From contig NC_045697.1 of NCBI RefSeq assembly GCF_009834535.1, positions 4,094,001 to 4,158,000 of the forward strand: DNA of 64,000 bases, read 5' to 3'. Below the pieces are notes generated by a model. That model searched no databases. It worked only from the letters and a program-made list of their open reading frames with translations, and was not told where the DNA came from. Below are positions 26,215 to 40,036 of this stretch, piece after piece. Position numbers and translations under genes: made by a program. This DNA is from Camelus ferus. Its lineage: Eukaryota. Positions within the stretch are counted from its first letter, which is position 1. Every line of letters starts with the position of its first letter.

Positions 26215-26615
26215 GTGCATTCGTTTCCTGGGGCCGCCGAGACACAGTGCCGCAAACTGGGGGCTTCGAGCAGCAGAGACGTGCTGCTCACAGGTCTGGA
26301 GGCCAGAAACCCGAGATCAGCCCTGGACGGGGCCACGCGCCTCCTGAGGGTGTTTGGGAAGTGGGGTCTGGGCCTCTGTCTGCTTCTGGTGGCCTCAGGA
26401 GGCCTTGGCCTGGAGACAGCCGACGTCCCCCGTGTCCTGTCATCACCTTCCTCTGTGCTGTCTGGGTCGAACATTCTCCTTTAATAGGGACCCCAGTCAT
26501 ACGGGACCAGAGCCCACACTAAGGCCCTCATTTCACCTCAATTTACTCTCTAAAGACTTCATTTTAAAATGAGGTCACATGAGGTGGGAGTTAGGACTTC
26601 AGCGTGCCATTCGCC
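26215..26615 (-). mobile_element. MaLR (MLT1-like) LTR
   Basis: caaactgggggcttcgagcagcagagacgtg...tctggaggccagaaacccgagatc...aaatgaggtcacat...ttaggacttcagc. Confidence 0.75.
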
Positions 26616-27358
26616 CATAATAAACTTGCTGTAATTATCCTATTTTCCAGATGGGAAAATAAGACCCCAACATATGAATTCTGTCCGGGTCACCCTGGTA
26701 TGAGTTTCTGGAGAGCAAAGGTAGCCTGGCCAGCGGGCCTTAGCAAAAGGGGCCTGGGCTCTAGGTGAGCAAGGGAAGCAAGCTTCTCTGTGCGCCCCCC
26801 GAGCGCCACGCTGAACGTGCCCTCGCTCCCCGCGGCGGCGCGCCTCCCCTGCAGGGAACCCTGTGAGCTCGTGTGGCTCCCCCAGGGTTCACGTGCAGAG
26901 ACTAAGTCACAGAGGAGTCGGGGACCCGTGTGTGGAGCAGGAGCCGGTGCTCAGAGAAGCAGGATTTGATCCCTGCTTTGTAAGCCTAGCGCTTTCTAAC
27001 CATCAGACCTGAATAACGGACTGTACTCCCAGAGAGAGGTGATGAGCACCCCGTGTCGGGGGGGATTCAAGCAGAGGTAGAGAGAGCATGGCTGGCAGGC
27101 CCTGGCAGAGAGAGCCCTGCCCTGGGAGGGGTGGGGAGAGCAGGCTGGCACCTTCTGGAGGGCAAATTCCTGGGCCCTCTGTGGCTGTGGGAGGTCAGGG
27201 GGCACCTGGACGAGGAGGCAGCCGAGGGAGACCTTGTCCATGAACCACTGAGAGGGGAGCAGGGGGCGGGCAGCCAGAGACGCAGCGGGTGCTGGGGAGG
27301 GGGAGCGGGGCAGCGGGGTGGCCCCTCGGCCCTCACTCTGTTCCCTCTGGGTTTGCAG

Positions 27359-27447
27359 GGGCTGCAGTTCGTGTGGCGGGGGTCCCCGTCCCTGTCAGCG
27401 CAGCAGGAAATCTTCACACACGTCCTGGACACATATGGCTACTGCTC
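27359..27447 (+). CDS. MAN2B2: MAN2B2 exon 5
   Basis: ttgcag|[33 protein letters not shown]; donor TC|GTGAGC, phase 2 matching exon 6. Confidence 0.9.
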
Positions 27448-28675
27448 GTGAGCACCTGCCTTGGGCCAGGCCCTGTCCCAAGCTCTCCCCCGTGTCCCCT
27501 CCGCCATGTCTCTCATGGCCACCCCTGAGGGAGACACACTGGGCGCCACCTTACAGAAAGGGCAACTGAGGCCTAGAGCCCCAGCTCCAGTCCCGGGGTG
27601 GCAGCCGCGGGGCAGCAGCGCTGGGCTCGGGGACAGCTCCAAGCCCCGTGTCAGGGGGGCAGCCCGCCTGGGGGCTGTCTGGCTGGAGGGCCCTGGGTCA
27701 GTCCCACTCTGCCCCTTTGTACCTGTCAGGCCACGGACAGCGGGACCCCCTCCGTGAACAGGGGAGGCTGGCAGGCGGGGTGAAGGGGCAGCGGGGAGAA
27801 GAGGCCGGGACGCACGCCTGGGTCTGCCTGTCGGGCCCCGCTCTGCGCCAGGCACCGTTTCTCCCTGTTTTCCTTCAGTGATTTTCATTTACTCCTCCTA
27901 ACTTTCTTCAGTACGTTTTACCATCATGAGACTAGGGTTCAGAGAGGTTCAAAGTCAGGTTCGAAGGTTCAGGTCACTCCTGAAGGCTGGCCAAGGGTCC
28001 CTCCGTGTCACTCGTGTGCTGCCCAGCATGAGGCACCGAAGACCCGACCTGGGGCTGCCCAGACCCCCGCGGCTCATTGCTGGGGTCAGTGCCTCCTGAG
28101 CCATGGTGAAGCCTGAGGATTGTCTGTCTTTATGTGAAAATTTGATCATGTGTTTGTCATGACGTTTTTGGAATTCCGTCTGGTTTTTAAAGTATTGTTA
28201 AAATACCAGCATGTTGACAACTGAGATTTTTGCACCCCTGAAAGTCTGTGCCCAAGGCCAGTGCCTGTCCCGCCTCACCCTCACCTAGCCCTGCTTAGGA
28301 TCCCTGGATCTGGATCGGTGGGCAGGGAGATGACAAGGAACTAGTGATCAAACGAATCCCACCATCCCTGTGGTGGACGTGGGAAGGGGGCCCACTGTTG
28401 TGGGCTCCACACGTGGGATGACGAAATGCTGGCCCCGTGGGTGACGTGCCCAAGGTCACAATGGTGAAAGGATAAAACGTGGCACCTTCTGTGCCCAAAG
28501 CTCTCATCTGCCCAGCACTGTTCTGCCCACTGCACTGATGGGAGAGGAGGCCCTGAGTGAGGGTCCACAGGCTCAAGGTGCACTGTGGCCTCCCTGAGCC
28601 CTGCCTGTCCTCCCGGACCCCAGGAGACCCCCCTTGCCGGGGCGAGAACCCCCCTAAAATTCCTCTCTCTCTCAG

Positions 28676-28853
28676 TAAAGGGTTTTACTGGGACGGAGAA
28701 GCTGTCTTCCCAGACCCTCCCAAGGATGGAATGTACCCCTCGAAGGACACGCCTGTCACTAAGACCAACATTGAATCCTACACTATGGACATGCTGAACA
28801 ACATGTTTGAACGGGCCGCCTTGTTCCGGACACCGCACGTCCTCTGGCCCTGG
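28676..28853 (+). CDS. MAN2B2: MAN2B2 exon 6
   Basis: ctctcag|T AAA GGG; KGFYWDGEAVFPDPPKDG...ERAALFRTPHVLWPW; donor TGG|GTAAGG. Confidence 0.93.
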
Positions 28854-30559
28854 GTAAGGTGTGGTCCCAGGGCCTTGGTTCTGCAACTCTGCACGGGGAC
28901 AGCTGTGATGGGTCCCACCCTGCTCTAGGACCACCCTAGACTCGGGGTCCAGCTCTAACCAGGCCAGGCTCCCTCCAGGCAGCGGGTCAGGCAGCCATCC
29001 TAGCCCCGGCACAGTCCTCCTTCCCTGCAACCCCGAGCCCTCACCCTGCTACCAGCCCCTTTCCCTCCCTGGATCACCCCCACTCTCCCACCTGACATGC
29101 AGCCTCACCGAAGCTGGCCTCCAGGTTCTAATCAGCTCTCGCCTGCTTTTCCCTTCACAATGCTGGGAGCAGAGGCCTGGACCCGAATCCTGCCTCCCTG
29201 TTCAATAGCTGTGAGACTTAGAACCTCTGAGCCTTCGTTTCCTCATCTGTAAAATGGGGATGATGACACGACCCGCTTCATGGGCTTGATTGGAATCAGG
29301 TGGGAGAGGCAGCCGCGGGGGACAGTGCCTGACACCAAGTCATCATTGTCGTCACAGTGAAAGTTTATGGAGCCCCCTCTGTGCACCAGGCACTGTTCTA
29401 CGGGATGTATGTGTCTCATACGTGTAATCCGCCCCAGGGGGCTAGGGGGTAGGCACTGTGGTAAACCATTGCAGATGCAGGGACTGAGAACCAGAGAGGT
29501 TAAGGAATCTTCCTGAGGCCACACAGCTACTTAGAAGGGCAGCTAAGGAAAGCGGAATTTTGTGCAGATCCGGTCAGGGAAGCTTCATCACCATTATTTT
29601 ATCTGTGGCTTGAGGCATAATTGAAAATATATATGGGCGACAAAGAAACGAAACATGAAATATCTAACTTCTCGGCAGTTCACGATGGAAGGTGATATTT
29701 GCCAGAGGAAACAAAGATTCCCACCTAAAAGGTCTCGGGTCCAGATCGCAAAGTGTCACAAACGACCTCCCGTTTCTGACGCACTAGGAGGACTGTCCAA
29801 GTGGGCTGCTACGGGTTCTGTAGGTTTGGGCTTGCCTGCTCAGTATGTTATCCTGGGGCCCCTGGCTTTGAGCACGGCTGCGGCCCCGTGAGACCCAGTC
29901 ATAGCCTTCTCCACACTCTGACCACGGCCCTTGACTGGGAACCAGGCAGCTCCTCTGGGGCTGCTTCAGGCCTGAGCCCGGGGGTCTGTCCCCTGTGACC
30001 GGGAAGTTCAGTAGTTTAACCGTGCTATCTATGCTCGTCGGCTTTTGTGGTGAGCTCATAACAAAGTTCCCAAGAAAGATGATAAGAATACATCTTATGA
30101 ATAATTTATCCCTTTAGTCGGCCTGAGAGCCACTAGATTCTGAAGTTCCCATGGTAGCCGCTGGTAGGACTCAATGTGGCCGGCTGACCTGTCAAAACCT
30201 AAAGGGCCCTTTCTTCGTTCTTATCCTGTTCTGCCCATGAGAGTCAGGCAGACATCACCTCTGCAAAACATCTGTCGACCAGGATTGCAGGTTTTGGCAT
30301 ATGCGATCAGAGGTGACCGGGCGTTAGGTTGGGGGTCAAGATTTGGGGTACACATGCAATGCGTTTGAACAACTTTATTGAGGCCCATGATTTCATCTCA
30401 GTCAAAATTAAGGCTGCCTCCTGTGAGCGCTGCCTCTTACGTATATTCTCACTATAATTATATTTTACGTATTTTTCCAAAAGCCAGCTTTCATCAAGAC
30501 GGACACAGCGCCTGCGACTGTTTGGGGGAATTTTTTTCTGTGTGCTGCAGCTCTCTCTT

Positions 30560-33500
30560 TTTTTCATATTGACATATAACTAACATATAACATTATATTC
30601 GTTACAGATATACAACCTAATGGTTCCTTGTGTGTATATATTGCAAAATGATCACCACAATGTGTCTAGTTGGCATCCATCAACACACACAGTTACAGAA
30701 TTTTTTCTCGTGATGAAAACTTTTAAGACCTTCTCCTTTAGCAACTCTCAAACATACAATACAGTGTTACTAAGCAGAGTCACCGACCTGCACACTACAT
30801 CCCCGTGACTTCCTTATTTTATAGGTGGAAACTGTACATTTTGACCACCATCAGCCATTTTGCACACCAACGACCCCTCACCTCTGGCAGCCACCAATCT
30901 CTTCTCTCTATGCATGAGCTTATATTTCATGTTATTTCCATTTTTTAAAATTTTACATGTAATTGAGATCACATGGTATTCATCTTTCACTGTCTGACTT
31001 ATTTCACCCAGCATAGTGCCCTCAAGTTTCATCCATGTTGTTGCAAATGGGAGAATTTCCTGCTTTGCATGGCTGAATAGCAATTTGTTGAATATATATA
31101 CCACATTTTCTTTATCCTTTCATCCACTGAACACATAGGTTGACTCCATGTCTTGGCTGTTGTAAATAATGCTGCAGTGGACATGGGGCTGCAGACATCT
31201 TTTCAAGTTAGTGTTTTTGTTCTCTTGGATACATACACAAAAGTGGGGTTGCTGGAGCAGTCATATGGCAGCTCTATTTTTAATTTCTCTAGGAACCTTC
31301 ACACTGTTTTCCATAGTGGCTGTATCAGCTTACACTCGGTCCAACAGTGCAGGGAAATTTCCTTTTCGCATCATCTGCACCAACACTTCCTTCTTGTCTC
31401 TTGACAATAGCCATTCTGGTAGGTATGAGGTGGTATCCCACTGTGGGTTTGACTTGCATTTCCCTGATGCTTAGTGATGGTAAGCAACTTTTCCTTCCTG
31501 TGTCTGCTGGCATATCTATATCTTCTTTAGAAAAATGTCTGTTCAGGTCCTTTGCCCATTTTGAACCCAAGTTGCTTGTATTTTGACTACTGAGTTGTAT
31601 GAGTTCTTTACATATTTAGACATCAACTTTTTTCAAATTTATGATTTGCAAATATTTTCTCCTGTTTGGTAGACTGTCTCCTTATTTTGTTGAATTTTCT
31701 TTCTTGTGCAGAGGCTTTTATTTTGATACAGTTCCACTTGTTTGGTATTCCTTATGCTGCCATTGCATTTGGTGTCAAATCCAAAATATCATCATCATGA
31801 CTGAAGACCATGAGCTTACCATGAATGTTTTCTTCTGTAAGTTTTATAGTTTCAGGTGTTACATTCAAGGCTTTAACTCATTTGAGTTCATCTTTTCATG
31901 GTCATAGAGTTTCATTCTATTCATGAGGCTATCCAGTTTCCCTGACACCACTTGTTGTGGATAATGTCCCTTTCCAGTTTTATATTCTTGGCTGTAAAAT
32001 AGCTACCATATACCCATGACCTTTTTTCTGAACTCTCCGTTCTATTTCCCTGATCTGTGTGTCTGGTTTTTGCCAATACCAGATCCTTTGATTACTATAG
32101 CTTCAAGTCATATAGTTTGACATCCTGGTTATGATGCTTCCAGTGTTGTCTTCTTTGTGAAGATCACGTTGACTATTCAGGATCTTTTGTAGTTCCAACA
32201 AATTTTAGGATTAGTTGTTCTATTACTGCGAAAAATGTCATTGGAATTTTAACAGGGATTGCAATGAATCTGTAGGTTACTTTGGATAATGTGGACATTT
32301 TATCAATATTAATTCTTTCATTCATGAGTACAGCATATTTTCCCACTTATTTGTGTCTTCTTCAACTTCTATAATCACTGTCATACTTTTCAGTGTATCG
32401 GTCTTTCCCTACTTGGTTAAATATATTCCTAGTATTTTAACTTTTTGATGCAATTACAAATGGGAGTGTTTTCTTCATTCTCTTTCTGATAACTATTCAT
32501 GTATAGAAATGCTAATCAACAGTGACTTGTGCTGTTTTCTTCATTCTCTTTCTAATAGTTATTCTGGTATAGAAACACTAATCAACAAATGATTATGTGT
32601 ATTGATTTTTTTATCTTGTGACTTTGCTGAATTTATTAATTCTAAGCTTTACATAGAGTTTTCCATGTGTAATATCATTTTGGCTACCAATAGTGACAAT
32701 TTTATTTCTTCTGTTCCAATTTCATGCCCTTTTTTTCCCCTCTCTTAATTGCTATGGTCATGCTTTATAATATCACGCTAAATAATATAAGGGCTAAGTG
32801 TGAGCATCCTTGTCTTTTTCCTGATCTTTGAGGAATAGATTCCAAGTTCTCATCATTAGTTATGATGTCAGAGGTGGGCTTATCACAGACGGCCTATATT
32901 ATGTTGAGGTACCTTCCCTTTATTTCCATTTGAATGAGAGTTTTTATCAACAATGGAGTTGAATTTTGGCAAATGCTTTTTCTGCATCTGTTGAGATGAC
33001 CATATAATTTTTATCTTCCATTTAGTTAATGCAGTGGATGTTGAACCATCCTTGCATTCCTGGAATAAATCCCATTTGATCATGGTGTAACATTGTTTTC
33101 TTTGTATTGTTGGATTTGTTCTGTTAATGGTTGTTGAAAATGTTGGAATTTCTCTTCAGCAGGGAAACTGACCTATAATTTTCTTTCTTGAGACTTACTT
33201 GTCTGATTCGGTGTCAAGGTAAAGTTGGCCTTTTAAAATTATATTGTAAGTGTTCCATCCTCTTCTTTTTTTTTTTTTTTTTTTTGAAAAGAGTGACTGA
33301 GAAAAATTGTATTAATTCCCCTTCAATGTTTGATAGAAATCACCAGCAAAAATGATCTTTTGTTTCTTGGGAAGTTTCTGAATATGGCTGTTTTTTTTAC
33401 TAGTAATTCATCTGTTCACATTTTCTACTTATTCATGATTCAATGTTAATATATTATATATTTCAAGGAATTTATCAATTTTGACTCTGACTACTTTTTT
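30560..33500 (-). mobile_element. LINE-1 (3'UTR and decayed ORF2), intron 6
   Basis: Minus-strand peptides [41 protein letters not shown]-rich + strand. Confidence 0.9.
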
Positions 33501-34026
33501 GAGGATGAGATTTAGGTCAGTACATTTAAGCAAGCTATTCTCACTTTTATTCATAGTTATTATATTATTATAATAAACATCATTATTAATTAGATATATC
33601 GATGGGCTTTAAGGAACGGTCAGGATGTGTAATCAATGAGACACAGAAAGTAAAAAGCTGTATGATCACAATTACATGTGATTTATTTTTTAAAGACTCA
33701 GAAAAAGAGGTCAGATTTATGGTTGCTGTAGGTGGGGTTGAGGGCATTGGAGAATGGGAGAAGATAGTGAAGAGGTACAAACTTGCAAATGTAAGAAACA
33801 AATACAGGGGATGTAATGTAAAACATTATAAAGAGAGAAACAGACAGACAAACATAAAGACAGAGAGAAATACCCACAAGATAGAGCCTGGGAGCTGGTT
33901 TGGGAGCTTGTTGCCCACCATGGAGAAGGGGAGGGTGGTTATTGGTGGTAGGGAGGCTCTTACCCTGCTTAGACTGGGCTCTGCTCCCAGAAATGCAGGG
34001 CGTTGCCCCTGTTCCCCCACCTACAG

Positions 34027-34225
34027 GGATGTGACAGGCAGTTCTTCAACGCCTCAGAGCAGTTTGTCAACATGGACCTTCTGTTGGACTATATCAACAG
34101 CCGCACATCCCGCTTCAGTGTCTCGATAGAGTACGCCACACTGGGTGGCTACTTCCGAGCTGTATACTCACATAATGTTTCATGGCAAGTCCACAACCAC
34201 CAAGACTTCCTGCCCTATTCCTCAG
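34027..34225 (+). CDS. MAN2B2: MAN2B2 exon 7
   Basis: ctacag|[20 protein letters not shown]...HQDFLPYSS; donor G|GTATGA. Confidence 0.95.
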
Positions 34226-37052
34226 GTATGAGCCTCTGGGAGTTGGGGTGGTGATTTGGTGCCAGCGAGGTAAGAGGCCTCACCCATCAGCGTCTCATCG
34301 GCCCTGATTGGAGCCCTGAGGCAGAGACAGGCCTTACCCCCACCTCCCTGACCCACCTAGACACACAGCCTGGTTCCCACCACACCACACCTCTCACCGT
34401 TGCCCACACACACAGCAGGTTCCTGTCTCTGTGCCTTTCACTGCAGTAGTACCTTCCAGCAATACCCTCCTCACCCCTTCTCTTCCTGCAAAAGTCCTGC
34501 TTATCTTGTAGTGTCACCTCCTACAGGAAGCCTTTCTTGATATTAAGGCTAGTTCAGTTGGCTCCTCCTAACCCAAGGGCTCCAGTTTTCTTCAAATAAC
34601 ATACAGTTATTTTGGGCTTGTTTCCCTCAATCCTGTGTCCTGGAGGCCAGGGCCATTTTGGATACAGACAGCACAGCCTAAAAGGCGAAAGCTCTTAGAG
34701 TGAACTTACTGCATGGCTACGTGCATATCATGGAACCATCCTCTCTCAGGAAAACAGGGATATTAATGGCGCTTAGTCCATCGAGTATAAACATGAAATG
34801 AGACAAGAAGAGCTCTTAGCCTAGCGTCTGACCCACAGGAAGGGCTCAGCAGAATGTAAATGTTAATAATTATGACATCATCACTGTCTGGTGGTATCAG
34901 GTCCCTTCCTGGACACGATCTGTGCAGGCCCTCCTGAGGAAGCTTGCTCAGGGCCTGAGGTGCCTTGAAGGCAGCACAGCATTGCCACCCCTCCCAGGCC
35001 TATCACCACCTGCCCCTCCACGTTGAGATCCCTGCAGACCTCTGTCTGCAAGCCAGCACCCCCAACCCTACACCAAGTCTTGTCTAAGAGAATCAGCAAG
35101 GATGATGTTGGCCAACTTGTTGAACCATCTAACATCTTTATTGCATTAAAAAACAGAGCTTTGAAGGACCCTTCTAGTCCTACTTTCGACTTTGCACATA
35201 AGGAAAAGCCAAGGGGATTCGAGGGGGTAGGAGTGGGGGTGGAATGGGGACAGCGCACCATAATCGAGGACAGCCCAGGATCCGAACGCAGCCCCCACCT
35301 CCCAGCCAGCTTTCCCAGCACTGGCTTCCATGCTGAGCTCACTCACCTGAAGGAGTGGTTTTGGAAGGAAGAGTGGAGATGTGTGGCTATCCTCACGGGA
35401 CATGTGGGAAACCCAGGCTTAGAGGGGCATCCACTAGCTTAACATTCAACACCAGGCCAGGGAACCTAGAGCTAAGAATGTCCAAGACCTCTCCCCTGCC
35501 TTCCCTCAACGACCAGCAGGCACAGTGCCTCAGGAGGGCTGGCCCCAGGCGGTGATTCAGAAGTTCACCTGGGTTTGGATCACAGCTCCTCCCCTCAGGC
35601 GCTGGGTGGCTTTGGGTTTACGTGATGTCACTTTCCTGAGCCCCCGTTCCCTCATCGGTGAAGTGAGTTCTCAGGAGGCCTAAGGGTCACCCTTATGATG
35701 GCTGGGCGGCAACCCCCGCCCTTCTCATTTTCTTCCTCTCCAAAGAGACACCAGGAAGCCAGCTCAGGGTTGGTTCCTCCCCGAGTGTTGTTCTGACTCC
35801 CCCAGACCTGGGTTGGTTGTGCCTCTTGGGCCTCGGCCTCTCACGTGAGCGGTGGGAAGAGGGAGCTACATGGCTCTCAGGACACTCCCCATTGGATAAA
35901 GCAGTTTGGGGAAGGCTGACTTCTGGCAGAGGTGGGAGGGGCTCCGCCTAGTGGGCGGGGTGCCGGTCAAGGTGGGAGTGGAAACCTCCATGTGGGCCTG
36001 GTTACACCTGAGGTGGGAGGGGGTACGACGATGTGGGCAGGGCTATGTTGAGACAGGAGGAGTTACGTCTGTGTGGGAGTGGCTACATCCAGGTGGGAGG
36101 GGCTGTGGAGAAGCCCTGTGGGTGGCGGGGTGGGCGGGGCTACCGGGCTGCTCCCCGGAGGAGGCACCGTTTACCCAGAGACTGGACAGCACCGAGGAGG
36201 CTTGGGTCCTTTTCTGAGGGCAGCGGGATCGTGAGTGGCTTTGGCAGACTGGTGCCTGCTCAGAGCCAAGGCTGTGCAGGTCTCTGTCTGACATGGACAC
36301 TCTAGGCCTGGGGGGGAGTTGGGGAGGAGCTGGGGAGGACCCGTGCACCTGGCCCCACAGCCTGTGGCCTTTCCCAGACCAAGTGACTACCCATCATGGT
36401 CTGACCCAGGTCCTGTGGGGAAAGAACAGGGAACGGAGGCCCAGCCCAGCCCCAGGAGGAGGCAGGAGGAGGGAACAGGAGGGAACACCAGACCACCTGC
36501 TGGGACACAGCCTGGCCCCAGGGGTGCTCGGCTTGTGCTCTCAGTTCAGCGTCAGGACGGCGGCCACTGGGCTCCCTTATCTCTCCCTCCCCTCCCAGCC
36601 CTCCTCGCTGGGCTGCCAGAGGGACCCCGCAGGCCTGTCCAGGGTCCCTTTCCCCTCGGAGTCACACAGCGGGGCCTCCTCCGGGTCCTGCCCTCCTCAC
36701 CCTCATCTCACTCTCCTCCCCTGAGGTCTTCCGGGGCCCTTGCTCACAAGGCCGCCCCAGAGTCCCAGGTGCACACTGGGCTTTCTTGTCCCCATCCCAG
36801 CCCTTCAGCTCCCAGGCCTCTCCACGCCTGCCCCAGGCCGGCCGGACCCTCCCACCTGCCCCGGCCCTGCAGGGCTCCTGGGCAATTGCTGGCCAGGCTG
36901 AGGTAGAAACATGAGATCAGTACCCGCCCTGAGCTGCCACCCTGAGTGACGTGGTAGGAACCTACCATCTCTGATCCCATCTTCCTTCTGGACCAGGGCT
37001 TGGGGGCTCCGCGGGCAGGACCTGACAGTCACTACCGGCCTTCCTCTCCCAG

Positions 37053-37243
37053 AACTCTTAAAGTCCTGGACCGGATTCTACACGTCCCGAAGCGGGCTGA
37101 AAGGCCTGGCGAGGCGAGCCAGCGCTCTGTTGTACGCCGGGGAGTCCATGTTCACACGCTGCATGTGGCCGGCTCCCCACCGGTTCCTGGACCCGGCCTG
37201 GGCCCTGAAGCGGCTCCAGCAGCTGCGCTGGGCAGTCTCGGAG
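37053..37243 (+). CDS. MAN2B2: MAN2B2 exon 8
   Basis: cccag|[36 protein letters not shown]...LRWAVSE; donor GAG|GTAACG. Confidence 0.95.
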
Positions 37244-38292
37244 GTAACGCCCACGTCTCGGCCACAGCACAGGATTGGAACCCCCTGGCGGTGCACTTCC
37301 CCTCCCAAGGTCACAGACCCTCCCAGGCCCCGGTCACTAGAGTCCACTTTACAGATGAGAACACTGAGGTCTCCTTGGGTCACGAGGCCCGTGCGTGAAG
37401 CCGCTGGGCCAAGGCGAGGACCATGGTCTGCCGGTGTCCACCTCGTGGGTTCAATAAGCTTTAGAGCCAGACTCAAGGGCAAAGTGGAGAAGCACTGGTG
37501 TCCAACATTCCTGCCTGGATTTGACATCAGCTCACTTCTGGGCCCCAGGCAGGTGGCTTTCCTTCTCTGAGCCCTAATTCCATTCTTGTATAATGAAAAT
37601 CACTGAGGGCGGCAATTAAATGTGGTAATGCACATAAGCCTCTGGCCTCGGTGGCTGCCACAAAGGAACTTGTTCATGAACTTCTGCCTCTATTTGACCC
37701 CACTGTACAGATGGGGAAACTGAGACCCAAGAAGTCCTGTATCTTGTCTCATCACACAATCAGAATTGAGTTACACGGGCCATGACATTCGTGTTACCTA
37801 AAGGGAATTGCTGGCAGAACCAGTCACTGTGTGGGGTGAAGTGGATTGACTTTAGTGTCCCTCACAGTGGGCGGAATCGTGGCTTCCCTTCATGGAGCCT
37901 CAGTTTCTCCTCTGTGAAGAGGAGTTAATCCTATCCTTACACAGTGGAGACAAGTGCCAGGGTTATGTGTGGAGCGGTGGAGCAGGCTAGCAGCACTTAC
38001 GGGAAGACTGGGTCATGGAGGTGAAGCGGGGGTGGCTGCCCTGCAGAAGTCTGTTCCCTGCCCAAGGTCAAGGACTCAGGTATGGGTTTCCACAAGGTCA
38101 GAAAACGTTGGGCAAGTTCATCAGCCTCTCTGACTTCAGCTTCCTCTTCTGTAAAGGGTGGGGAACCCCACCTTCTCCACCAGCAGCTGGCCAGCAGGAT
38201 GAGAGCCAGTGCCCAGCGGGTGCCAGGATAGTAGGCGCTCGGCAGAGGCAGGTCCTGACCCCACTCCTCCCCTGCTTGGCCGGGGGCTGCAG

Positions 38293-38431
38293 GTCCAGCA
38301 CCACGACGGCATCACTGGGACTCACACCCCCAACGTGACAGACATGTTAGTGGAACATCTGAGCGCAGGGGTGCAGGGTGTGCACAAGCTGATGGCTTCC
38401 ATCATCCAGGACAGGACCCCAGCCCACTCAG
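38293..38431 (+). CDS. MAN2B2: MAN2B2 exon 9 (QHHD Zn ligand)
   Basis: tgcag|[49 protein letters not shown]; donor G|GTAAGC. Confidence 0.93.
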
Positions 38432-40036
38432 GTAAGCGAGGCCCCTGAGGTGGACGCGGTGGTCGGGCAGGGGCTCTGTCCTTTTCTGAGAAGAGTTCCT
38501 GGGGGCTGGGGAGGGGTCCAGACCGCCTGAGCTTCAGACTCTGGGTGTCCATCCCAGCTGTGGCCCCTAACCTGGCTGTGCGCTTGGGCAGGGGACTCAC
38601 TTCTCGGAGGCTCTGTTTCCTCTCTGTGACTGAGGGAGGGCCGGTGTGACAGTTAGAGGCAGGAACAATGCTAACAGGGCCTGGCATCTGCTCAGCACTC
38701 CTCATGCAGAATTTAATGTGTTGCCTCACACATCTCTGAAGCTGGAACTGTTACCGTCCTCACTGTATAGCTGAGGACACGCACAGACAGAGGGCTGTGG
38801 ACCTGCCCAGGGTCACACAGGTAGGGTGTGGACCCTTAGGCCTGTGCTGCCCAGCGTTGCAGAGAGGATGCAGGTGTCCTCAGGGACCTGGCCCAGCCTG
38901 GCTCCCAGCACTGGCTCCTGAGCTCAGCCTGGGCACAGATCGTGGCAGGGCTGCCACTGCACCAGCCCCTTTGATCTGAGGGTTTCACCTGTGGGGAGCG
39001 GCTCATCGCACCCGTTTGCTTGGCACCGAGGGGATTCACCCCAGAGAGTCCTGGGCAACGAAGGACACGCTGGTCTCCCCACAAGTGCACGAGATTTTTT
39101 GTCCCCAAGGCGGCTGCTCCATCCCCAGGGCTCCACACTCAGGCCACTCTCGGTCACTGTGCAGCTCCCCTGTGTCCTCACCGTTCACCTGACCTGCTCT
39201 TCCTTCCCCTCAGGGTCTGCATATAATCCCATTCTAGCTTCGGACTCGGGAAGGGCCCTGGGGACCAAGGGTGCAGGTGACAGGACCCTGTCCGCAGAGA
39301 CGAGGATCCAAGGACAGACAGTCTCAGAAAGAGAGCTAGAACTGGGGTTGGATTCCCTTCCGGGGGGGGGGGTGCACTCCATCCCCCTGAGCTCACAAGG
39401 GCGGCTCCCCCGAGCAAGGGGGAGGTGGAGACACCAGAAGGGCATCACAGCCCCGGAACTGCCGGGCAGAGACTGGCGGCTGGAACCGTGTGATGTGCTC
39501 AGGGACCTGGGGGTCATCGGACGTGGATGCGCTTAGGGCACATGCGGTACAGGATGGAACAGATAGGGAATCCAGACCCACTTTCGCAGGGGCCTCCAGT
39601 GCTGAGCTAGGTGATTGAACTTGACCCTCCAGGCTCCAGAGAATTCCCCACTCCTTGAATGCCAAGCGCTCAAAGCTTTGGAGCCGGGCCCTAGGAGCTG
39701 GGCCACCTTGGGCAGGTGACTCTACCCCTCTGGGCCTTGGTGTCCTCACCAGTGAAGTGGGGCTGGCAGGGAGAGATGCGTGAGGAGCCCATGGACCCTG
39801 AGGCTTCCAGAGGGACACTGCGTTCCTGTTCCCACCTCCCCTGCCTGGGGGCCAGGGCGGCAGGATGAAGAGAGTGTGGGGCGCTGCGTGCGTGCGTGAG
39901 CACCACGTGTCTGCATGTCCCTCTCCCCAGGGCTCTGCAGGGCCGGCCTCACCTGCCTGTTTCTCATCTTCCCTGGTGCACGCACGTGTGCCGAGTGAGT
40001 CAGATGGCAGCAATAAAGCCTTGCCTCTGTGTGCAG

